Assembly: GCA_038230375.1 (NCBI GenBank)
Contig: JBBRNJ010000141.1
Location: 1 to 10,462 of the forward strand
Length of the DNA: 10,462 nt
Direction of reading: 5' to 3'
DNA from: Polyangiales bacterium
GTDB taxonomy: Bacteria > Myxococcota_A > Polyangia > Polyangiales > Polyangiaceae
Shown here: positions 1 to 7,071 of the stretch, one piece after another
Position numbering within the stretch: the first letter of the stretch is position 1
Layout: each line of letters starts with the position of its first letter
Program-made: the position numbers and the translations under genes
The notes under the pieces: generated by a model
Seen by the model: only the letters and a program-made list of their open reading frames with translations
What the model was told of the DNA's origin: nothing
Databases searched by the model: none

Positions 1-141
1 CGATGTGCCCGATGAGCGCCGGTAGTACCTGCCCATCGCGACCATGGTGACGCCAAGGACAACTTGCAGGTGCAGCGCGCCGGCGAAGCTGGCACCGAGG
101 ATGCGATGGACTTTCGAGTACGGCACCTTGCGCACGAGCCC
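1..141 (+). repeat. Terminal direct repeat, left copy (identical to 10322-10462)
   Basis: Base-by-base identity from cgatgtgcccgatgagcgcc to cttgcgcacgagccc, 141 bp. This length equals the default largest k-mer of MEGAHIT, typical of the overlap on circular contigs. Confidence 0.97.
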
Positions 142-225
142 GACGCCCAGGACGAGCACGTTCAAGAACCCAAAGAGGAGGACGAGAAACCGAAGTCCTG
201 AATGCGCGTGGAATAGGCCCGACAT
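1..225 (-). pseudogene. 5' part of a small integral membrane protein gene spanning the circular junction (continues 10321->10152); frameshifted
   Basis: ATG at 225-223 gives MSGLFHAHSGLRFLVLLFGFLNVLVLGVGLVRKVPYSKVHRILGASFAGALHLQVVLGVTMVAMGRYY (two hydrophobic helices). The hydrophobic continuation PALIGHIVMM... is reached only if one C is added near 20-22 (TAC TAC C[C]G GCG CTC ATC). Not in the ORF track because it runs off the window edge. Confidence 0.75.
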
Positions 226-334
226 GAGGCTGCCCTAGCACAGCTCGCAACGTGTCGCGGCAGTTGCCCCGTCCGCTCGGGCTGCGGGTGATGCCGTGCA
301 CGTCCAGCAGCGAGACCTACCAGGCGATGCGGCC

Positions 335-400
335 ATCCGCGATCACAGCCGGGTGTGATCCGCGATCACAGCCGGGTGTGATCCGCGATCACAGCCAGGT
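335..400. repeat. Tandem repeat of a 23-bp palindromic unit ATCCGCGATCACAGCCGGGTGTG (2 full copies plus a 20-bp partial)
   Basis: Units at 335-357, 358-380 and 381-400 (one G>A change in the last). The array contains GATCACA-N6-TGTGATC inverted repeats. Confidence 0.95.
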
Positions 401-787
401 CTCTCCACTGGTTCCATCTTTCTCAACGCACGGAATTAAGCGGTGCGCCGCCGCGTTCTCGTGGCCATGCGTACATCGACGAGGACGCGGGGCCGGATGG
501 AGCGACGTTGGCAGCGGATAGCGTGGAAGCAGCGCTCGGGAGTTAGCGCCCGGCGAACGAGCGGCCGCTGGCCACACTGGCAGGTCTCCGTGTGCGTCTC
601 GCTTGACAGAGACACTCTCGCCGATCAAGCTCTTACATGGCCGGCCGCTCCGGCCTCACCCCGCACGACCGTCCCCCCACGGTCCACGCGCGGGGCGAAG
701 AGGGATGACCTCGGAGCTGGGTGTTTCGTCTCTTCGCCACGATCGCCAGCAGGGGGTGTGCATGGCGCGTGGCCGCAGGAGACGATG

Positions 788-1702
788 ATGCCCAGCCATC
801 TCAAAGAGCTCGTCCGCGCCCGCATGGAAAAGACTGGCGAGAGCTACCAGCAGGCCCTTCGGCATGTCCGCGCGCAGGACGAGCGCGCGCCCTCCGTCGC
901 CTCCGCGCCACCGCCCGACGAAAGGGCCGGTCGCTCGCGAACGGTCGCCGACACGGCGTTCTCGATCGCCGTCGTGCGCGCTGCCGAGAGCGCGCTGCCT
1001 GCGAACGAGCGCCTGTTCCACGACCCGTACGCGTCAGCGTTCGCCGCGGCCGGCGCGCACTGCGCGGAGAGCACGCAGCGCTTCCTCGATATGCCGAACT
1101 TCCGTGACGGCATCCGGCTTCGCACCAGGTTCATCGACGACTGCGTACGCGCAGGCCTGACCGCCGGGCTGGATCAGGTCGTGCTGCTCGGCGCGGGCTT
1201 CGACGCGCGCGGGCTTCGCATGAGTGAAATCGTGGCGCGCGGCGCGACGGTGTTCGAGGTGGACCTGCCGGAGCAGATGCAGCGCAAGCGGCGCGTGCTC
1301 AGCAGCGCGGGCGTGAAGCTGCCAGGACACGTCGTCTATGTCCCATTCGACTTCGAGACAACCGACCTGGAGCTCGAGCTCGGCGGTGCGCTTGAAGTCG
1401 CCGGCTTCAGGTCCGGAGCAGGCACGATGTTCGTGTGGGAGGGCGTCCTGGGCTACATCGACGAGGCCGCAATCGATGGGAGCCTGCGCTTCATGGCAAG
1501 CGCGGGCGGCCCGCGGAGTCGCGTGGCGTTCCAGTTCCTGGACGACAGCCTCAGCGGCGGCGAGACGATGGTCGCACGCACGAGGCGATGCGGCTTCGCA
1601 TCATGCGAAGAGATCGGCGCAGACGTTCTCTGGCGAAGGCACCTGCAAGGCGAGCCGCACCCCAACGCATGGGTCATCAGACTCGGACTGGCGACCGCGT
1701 GA
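788..1702 (+). CDS. SAM-dependent methyltransferase, leucine carboxyl methyltransferase (LCM/YktD/TIGR00027-like) family, with an N-terminal helical extension
   Basis: Family motifs VADTAFSIAVVRAAES..RLFHDPYA, RTRFIDD, QVVLLGAGFDAR, VFEVDLP, FVWEGVLGYID. An AGGAG RBS at 777-781 precedes ATG ATG (785/788). The ORF-track extension back to 443 is low-complexity and unlikely to be coding. Confidence 0.9.
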   Translation: MPSHLKELVRARMEKTGESYQQALRHVRAQDERAPSVASAPPPDERAGRSRTVADTAFSIAVVRAAESALPANERLFHDPYASAFAAAGAHCAESTQRFLDMPNFRDGIRLRTRFIDDCVRAGLTAGLDQVVLLGAGFDARGLRMSEIVARGATVFEVDLPEQMQRKRRVLSSAGVKLPGHVVYVPFDFETTDLELELGGALEVAGFRSGAGTMFVWEGVLGYIDEAAIDGSLRFMASAGGPRSRVAFQFLDDSLSGGETMVARTRRCGFASCEEIGADVLWRRHLQGEPHPNAWVIRLGLATA

Positions 1703-1803
1703 GTTCTGGCGCCAGAGCGACACAGACGATGGATGCGGCGCTAGAATCGCCGGGATGGCCGGGGTGAAGGACGAAGCGATCCGAACGTGGTGGCCGCTTG
1801 CGA

Positions 1804-1930
1804 GCGCGTAGGTAAAAGAAGGGCCTGCGCGTCCCATCGTGCAAGACGCAGCCAGGCGACCTGCGCAAGATCCGCTGACGCGAAACGCGCGGATCGAGCA
1901 AGCCGTCATTCGAGCCTGGCGAGCACGGGA
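1804..1930 (-). mobile_element. Conserved 21-bp motif (copy 1) plus adjacent ~100-bp imperfect hairpin; putative IS91/ISCR-type oriIS-like end
   Basis: GCGCGTAGGTAAAAGAAGGGC at 1804-1824 matches 8546-8566 at 20/21. Nested arms: tccc..cgtgc 1832-1842 with gcacggga 1923-1930, gccaggc 1851-1857 with gcctggc 1914-1920, gatccgc 1869-1875 with gcggatc 1889-1895. The repeat is directly visible; the oriIS assignment is inferred from recalled consensus. Confidence 0.45.
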
Positions 1931-2020
1931 TCTCGGGCTTCCTGTGTTTCCGGGTCGATGTGACCGGGCGGATTTCGTCATGGTGCACGGAGCCCACGAA
2001 TCCGGGTAGGATCGCGGGAC

Positions 2021-3301
2021 GTGGCCTCTCGCAGCTGGCTGATATTAACCCTGGTAGGTATCGAGGGCGCCCTCGTTGCCGGGGTCGCTTGCGGCTCGTT
2101 CTCGGGCAGCGACACGGCCGCGGACGTAGACGCGTCCGGCGACGCTTCCATCGACGGCGCGCCAGCAGAGAGCGGGGCCACCGGACCCGTTTGCGTCGTG
2201 CGCGACGGCGCTCCACCGCAGCCACCGGCGAACCTGACCAAGCAGACCTGCAACGGGGTCTCCGGGCTGGACCTGTCCGGGGACTCCGACAACTGCGGCT
2301 GGTGCGGGCACGTCTGCGGAGCGAACAGCGCCTGCGATGGCTCCGGACGCTGCAAGTCGTTCACGTTCTACACCGGCGCTGCCGGCGAGCTCCTTGCTAC
2401 GATCGACGATATCGGTCCATTGCTTTACTTCGCCGCGCTGGCGCCCGGCCGGGTCATGAGCGTGCCCACCGGGGCCCTCGGCGCTCCGACGGACCTCACC
2501 GACGTCCCCGACGCAGAGCCCCAGTTCAACTGGCTCTACAACGCGAGCATCGGCGACAGGATCACGGTCCGCACCTTTGGCAACCTCGAGACTGCACCAC
2601 TCGACGGCGGTCCGCTCGCGATCTTGCACGCGGAGGCGAAGGGCGCCGCTTACCTCATTGAGCGCGTCAATCACATCTTCGAGACATCGGGCGACACGTT
2701 CCAGGACATGACCAAGGATGGAACGCCGAAGAAGACGATCACCAACGTGGGTGGCGCTGCCGACCTCACCGTGACGCCTTCAGGTGACTACGTCTTCTTC
2801 ATTGCGCGCACCGCCGCGGACGGCGGGCTCGATGCCGCGACGAGTACACCCGTGGGCCGCGGCGCGCTCTATCGCTACACGATCGCATCGGGCGCCTCTC
2901 AGCAGCTCATGGAGTTCGATGCATTCACGTTCAACACATTTCCGATCGGGCAGTCCCATATCGCAGCGGATAACGAGTACGTCTTCTTCGCAGAGGCATC
3001 GAACGGCGACATCCTGCGGCTGCCTGTCGCGGCCAACCCGGGCGACACGGCCACGGTGCTCTCCAAGGGAAACGGTAGAAGTGTCACTTCACTCGCCAGC
3101 GACGCGGACCGCGTCTACTGGCTCCAGGGCGCGCGGCCGGCCACGACCACGGAGCTTCACGCCGTGTCCCGCTGCGGTGGCGCCGACTACGCGTACACCT
3201 CTGCGACCAACGAGTTCATCTATCAGGGCAAGGGCCTCATCGCCGCGCCACAGCACCTCTATTTTGCGACTGACAACAAGATCGAACGCCTCGCGAAGTG
3301 A
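2021..3301 (+). CDS. Predicted lipoprotein with a myxobacterial Cys-rich module and a probable beta-propeller C-terminal domain
   Basis: GTG start and signal peptide ending in the lipobox GVA-C. A D/A/S-rich linker is followed by TCNG..DLSGDSDNCGWCGHVCGANSACDGSGRC. Repeated blade-like strands follow (SGDYVFF, IAADNEYVFF, LASDADRVYW, APQHLYF). GC-rich third codon positions. Confidence 0.8.
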   Translation: MASRSWLILTLVGIEGALVAGVACGSFSGSDTAADVDASGDASIDGAPAESGATGPVCVVRDGAPPQPPANLTKQTCNGVSGLDLSGDSDNCGWCGHVCGANSACDGSGRCKSFTFYTGAAGELLATIDDIGPLLYFAALAPGRVMSVPTGALGAPTDLTDVPDAEPQFNWLYNASIGDRITVRTFGNLETAPLDGGPLAILHAEAKGAAYLIERVNHIFETSGDTFQDMTKDGTPKKTITNVGGAADLTVTPSGDYVFFIARTAADGGLDAATSTPVGRGALYRYTIASGASQQLMEFDAFTFNTFPIGQSHIAADNEYVFFAEASNGDILRLPVAANPGDTATVLSKGNGRSVTSLASDADRVYWLQGARPATTTELHAVSRCGGADYAYTSATNEFIYQGKGLIAAPQHLYFATDNKIERLAK

Positions 3302-3397
3302 CGGGCGCGCGGGCGAACGGCGGCGAGTGTTCACGCGCGACGGTGACACCTTCACCTGAGAGCTCCGCGAGCGCCTCGGCCGAAGCGAGAGACGAGA

Positions 3398-4927
3398 TCA
3401 CTCCTCGAGCGTCACCGCGACAAAGCTCGACGGCGGGATCTCGGGCGACAGCGTCGTGAATGTTCCGGGCGGCACTGGCACGGAGAAGCACGTCGCTCCG
3501 TCGAAGTAGTAGAGCGTGTCGGGCGTGAAGACATTGCCAGTGACGGCGTGAACGAACACGAGCCCATTCAGCCAGTGCGTAATATGCGTTCCGATCAGAT
3601 ACCCACTGTCTGCGACCGGCTCCGTGCACGCCGCGTCGGCGTAGTACAGGGATGCACCGCCGCCGTCGATGCATCGGAGCACGCCGTCGCTCGCGGGATA
3701 CGGGAGGCACTCGGCCCCCGTCGCGCTGTCGATCGGCTTCCGGTACGGGAGGCCGCGAGGGCTCGGGACGGGGAACGCCGCCGGGCCGATGACGGGCGTG
3801 TCGCGCCCCAGCCGCGTGCCGCCTGCTCGCGCACTCGTCATCGAAACGAGCTCGCTCGCGTTGCACGGCTCGATCTGAAACTGTCGCCCGTCCGACGTGG
3901 CGGACCGCACGCACGACGGCACGCCAAAGACGGGCGCGCCGATCCACGAGTACGTCTCGTTCGTCATCGGCCGAAGAACCACTGGCGCTGCGTCGACCGC
4001 CGCGAACGACCATGCCCCAGCGCCGCTGTCGGTGCCGATCACGTCGTAGGGCGCGGCCGCACAGCCCGAGTCCTCGGGTAGGGGTGTTGTCGTCGCGAAG
4101 GGCAGGAGACCGAGGGGCGGCGGCAGGAGCATCGGCGAAGGTGCGGCAAGGGCGATGACGGACGACGTCGCGTCCATCCCGTACGTTGCGGCAGCGCCGA
4201 GCCAGAACGATGAGCCATCCGCGCCGCGCTCGATGATGGCCTCCCCCGGCACGCCGCTCGGCGCCGACGGAGCGAGCGTGACGAGAGACCCAGGCAAGAT
4301 GTCCGGTCCCGGTAGGTAGAAATCCACTCCGAGCTGGTCCGACGCCACTCCGTAGACGCCGCACACCGGGTTCGCGCCGTTCGGCCGGTAATAGTACGGC
4401 GACGCCCCAGCGACGCGTGCGCCGGCGCGCGGCGGCGGAGGTCTGCCGCGGGTTACGCTCCAGAGGTGCGTCGTGCACGTAGCATCCGTGAAGAAGCCGG
4501 AGGTGGGGTCCGCGGGCGGCTTGCATGTCATTGGCCCCAGGGCCGTGGCCCGGGCAAACTCACCGCCAGGCCAGCAATCGACACCGAGCCCGACGTCGCG
4601 CAGCGTCCATAGAAAGCGGCTTCCATCCGCACCGACGAGATACTGCGCATGAAGGCGCATGCCGTTCACGTCGGGCACGGTGAGGAACGGCGCGGGCTTG
4701 GACGGATCAGGCCGCTTGGGGCAGTGCGACGAAGTAGCGGCATCAGGAGACGCGTTGGGTGCAAACGCCTCTCGGTTGGCATCGACGATCGATGCGTCGT
4801 CCGCGATCGATGTCGCGTCAGCGGTCGAAGCGCCTTCCACTGGTGCTGGCGCCTGGAGGGTCTGCGGGCACGCAGCCGCGACCGCCCCCGTGCACAAGAC
4901 TCCAAGCGCTGTGCGAAATCGTCGCAT
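3398..4927 (-). CDS. Predicted Cys-containing lipoprotein of unknown function with internally repeated domain
   Basis: Signal MRRFRTALGVLCTGAVAAA-C. Repeated motifs GMRL..YLVGADGSRF..DVGLGVDC..C..FFTDATCT, IERGADGSSF, and GTRL..DSATGAEC..DGVLRC..YYADAACT. 509-aa ORF, convergent with 2021-3301. Confidence 0.8.
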   Translation of the reverse strand: MRRFRTALGVLCTGAVAAACPQTLQAPAPVEGASTADATSIADDASIVDANREAFAPNASPDAATSSHCPKRPDPSKPAPFLTVPDVNGMRLHAQYLVGADGSRFLWTLRDVGLGVDCWPGGEFARATALGPMTCKPPADPTSGFFTDATCTTHLWSVTRGRPPPPRAGARVAGASPYYYRPNGANPVCGVYGVASDQLGVDFYLPGPDILPGSLVTLAPSAPSGVPGEAIIERGADGSSFWLGAAATYGMDATSSVIALAAPSPMLLPPPLGLLPFATTTPLPEDSGCAAAPYDVIGTDSGAGAWSFAAVDAAPVVLRPMTNETYSWIGAPVFGVPSCVRSATSDGRQFQIEPCNASELVSMTSARAGGTRLGRDTPVIGPAAFPVPSPRGLPYRKPIDSATGAECLPYPASDGVLRCIDGGGASLYYADAACTEPVADSGYLIGTHITHWLNGLVFVHAVTGNVFTPDTLYYFDGATCFSVPVPPGTFTTLSPEIPPSSFVAVTLEE

Positions 4928-5572
4928 GATTCACCTTACCATTGGGCTCGAGGCATCGCGAGAAGCGCCACGGATGAGCTGTTCCGAAGCACGAATCGCC
5001 ACACAACAGTCCATTGTGCCTTCCACCCCGGTTTCGTCACTACGTAACGTCGACTCTCACCTTCGCGGAGGAAACGCCGCGCACAGCGCGTCCAGCGAGT
5101 GGGCTTCTGGAGCAATCTGCCGGATAGCTGCCGCTAGCTCTCGGTCTCGACGATCCTCTGCGTCTTGGATTCTCGCGCTCGGATCCGCGAGGGTCTCTCC
5201 CTGTGGCGTGCAAGCAAGATCGCGCTGCCACGTCACCAGCGAGGTCGTGAGGCAGCGTCACGGAGCTCGACAGGGCCGCGGAAAGCGCCTCCCCTATTTA
5301 GCGCAAGAAAATAGGCGCGATAGGTCTCGACCAGGATCCATCTAAGCGACCCGCCGACTACGCATCTATCCCAAAGTATCTGCTCGACAGAGCCCGATGA
5401 AAAACGAACAAGCGTGCAGAGGTTCTCGCCGACGTAGCCATCACCTGCGATGTTGGCGACCAGCACTGGAAAGCGACCCGGCGGTATTGGGGTAGTGAAC
5501 GGGAGTGCTGTAGCAGGCGCGACGAGCGGGTCGCATGCGATGAGCCTTCCCGCGGGGAGAGACAGCGCGTAG

Positions 5573-5629
5573 CCGCACCTGCCCGAGCTCCGTCACCATC
5601 CCCAGCACCTTCAGCCGACCCTGGCAGCC
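5573..5629 (-). pseudogene. Possible remnant of the C-terminus of an IS91-family (Y2/HUH) transposase
   Basis: Translates as GCQGRLKVLGMVTELGQVR, resembling my recollection of the CxxCxGRMK(L/V)(L/I)AxVT(E/D)PxxV tail of IS91-like transposases. Only 19 aa and no search was possible. Confidence 0.3.
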
Positions 5630-5698
5630 GACACGCAACGCCAGGCTGACACAACGCCATTGATTCACGCGTGCAAGTGCGAGAGAACGGCGTCCGTC

Positions 5699-7069
5699 AT
5701 GACCGCACGATCTCGAGTTCTCCTATCACTGGGCTTGCTCATCGCCGGCGCGATATCCGCCGGTTGCGTGGCGCTTCAGCCCACCACGAAGATGGACCAG
5801 GCGCGTCCCATCACCGTTTACGTGCGTCACTATCAGCTCGCCAACGGGCTCAAGGTCGCGCTTCATCGCGACCGCTCCGTGCCCTTCGTCCACATCCGCC
5901 TCTCGTACGGCGTCGGCTCCGCGGACGATCCACTCGACAAGGCGGGCCTCGCGCACCTGGTCGAGCACCTGATGTTTGACGGCTCCGAGCACCTGCGTCC
6001 GAACGAGTACATGACGCGCGCGCACGCGCTCGGAGCGCCGGACGTCAACGCGGAGACGGGCCTCGACCGCACGACATATCACCTTACGGTGCCGCGCGGC
6101 GCCCTCGAGCAGGCGCTCTGGCTCGAGAGCGAGCGCATGCTCTCCAAGGTCGATTTCGTATCGGAGGACGAGCTCAAACGCGAGCTCACCGTCGTGAAGA
6201 ACGAGCGGCGAGAGCGAGATGCGCAGAGGCCTGGCGGCGCCGCGGGCGAAGCGCTCCTGAGCGCGGTCTTTCCGCCCGGCCACCCGTATCACGCCGTCAC
6301 GGGAGGAACGGATCAGAGCATGCAGTGGGTCCGCCTCGAGGACGCGAAGCTCTTCGCTCGGCAGCACTACGGCCCGAACGATGCGACGCTCGTCATCGCG
6401 GGCGACTTCGACGAGGAGCGCGCCGCAGCCCTCATCGAGCGACGATTCGGCGACATTCCAGCGGTCGATGTCCCCGCGCGGCGAGCGGTGCCAGAGGTTC
6501 GCATCGAGCACGAGCTCCGAAGTGAGACCAACGCCGACGTGGGCTCCGACACAATTCTAATCGCGTGGCTCGTGCCGCCGCTTGGCTCAAACGCGTTGCC
6601 CCCGCTGACCGTCGCCGCCCGGTACCTTCAGCTCCTCTCCGAGAGCACGCGCATCGAGCGCCGGAGCGTGGCGGTGTGGCCGTTCCGCCTCGCGAGCCTG
6701 TTCGTCGTGGGGATGCAGATCTCGCCCGACGCGCCAGCGAACCGCGTGCTCGAACGGCTCGACAATCATCTGGTCGATATGACCGGCGCCAATCGTGACT
6801 TGAACCCACAGGCGTTCGCAGCAGCGCGGTCGTCGGTCGCCTCTGGCCTCTACTTCGGCTTCGACGACCTCCGCTGGCGCGCTGCAGCGCTCGAGTTCGG
6901 CGTCAGCACCTTCGACGACCCACTCGCCCTCTCGAAGGAAATCCCAAAGCTCCTCCAGACAACGCCGGAGTCCACGCAGGATGCGATCCTCACGTACCTG
7001 AAGAAGGACCGGCGCATCGTCACCATCATTCATCCGGCGTCGCGCAGCAGCCGCGGCGAAGAGGAGTAG
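5699..7069 (+). CDS. M16 (insulinase/pitrilysin) family zinc metallopeptidase, catalytic subunit, predicted lipoprotein
   Basis: LANGLKV, YGVGSADDP..KAGLAHLVEHLMFDGS (HXXEH at 5954-5968), NAETGLDRTTY, LWLESERM, ELTVVKNERR, HPY, HYGPNDATLVIAGDFD. ATG at 5699 gives a signal peptide ending in SAG-C. Confidence 0.93.
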   Translation: MTARSRVLLSLGLLIAGAISAGCVALQPTTKMDQARPITVYVRHYQLANGLKVALHRDRSVPFVHIRLSYGVGSADDPLDKAGLAHLVEHLMFDGSEHLRPNEYMTRAHALGAPDVNAETGLDRTTYHLTVPRGALEQALWLESERMLSKVDFVSEDELKRELTVVKNERRERDAQRPGGAAGEALLSAVFPPGHPYHAVTGGTDQSMQWVRLEDAKLFARQHYGPNDATLVIAGDFDEERAAALIERRFGDIPAVDVPARRAVPEVRIEHELRSETNADVGSDTILIAWLVPPLGSNALPPLTVAARYLQLLSESTRIERRSVAVWPFRLASLFVVGMQISPDAPANRVLERLDNHLVDMTGANRDLNPQAFAAARSSVASGLYFGFDDLRWRAAALEFGVSTFDDPLALSKEIPKLLQTTPESTQDAILTYLKKDRRIVTIIHPASRSSRGEEE

Positions 7070-7071
7070 CC

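Noticed and set aside
1..141. Biological terminal repeat of a phage or transposon
   Set aside because: It lies inside a coding sequence, matches a common assembler k-mer length, and no phage or transposase genes are present.
265..325. Short inverted similarities to 8760-8817 (tgccccgtc, cctaccaggc)
   Set aside because: The 9-10-bp matches are in non-collinear order and are compatible with chance in GC-rich DNA.
335..400. CRISPR array
   Set aside because: The units are directly adjacent with no unique spacers, and there are no cas genes.
421..513. attC-like look: TCTCAAC..TTAAGC left end, internal stem 451-462/479-490, GTT at 507
   Set aside because: The R boxes do not fit RYYYAAC/GTTRRRY, there is no complementary L' box, no other attC or integrase is present, and genes lie in both orientations. 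At most a decayed site.
603..608. Perfect TTGACA -35 box
   Set aside because: No acceptable -10 hexamer at 16-18 bp spacing.
443..787. N-terminal 115 aa of the 419-aa ORF call
   Set aside because: Arg/Pro-rich non-protein-like sequence. A good RBS and ATG occur at 777-790.
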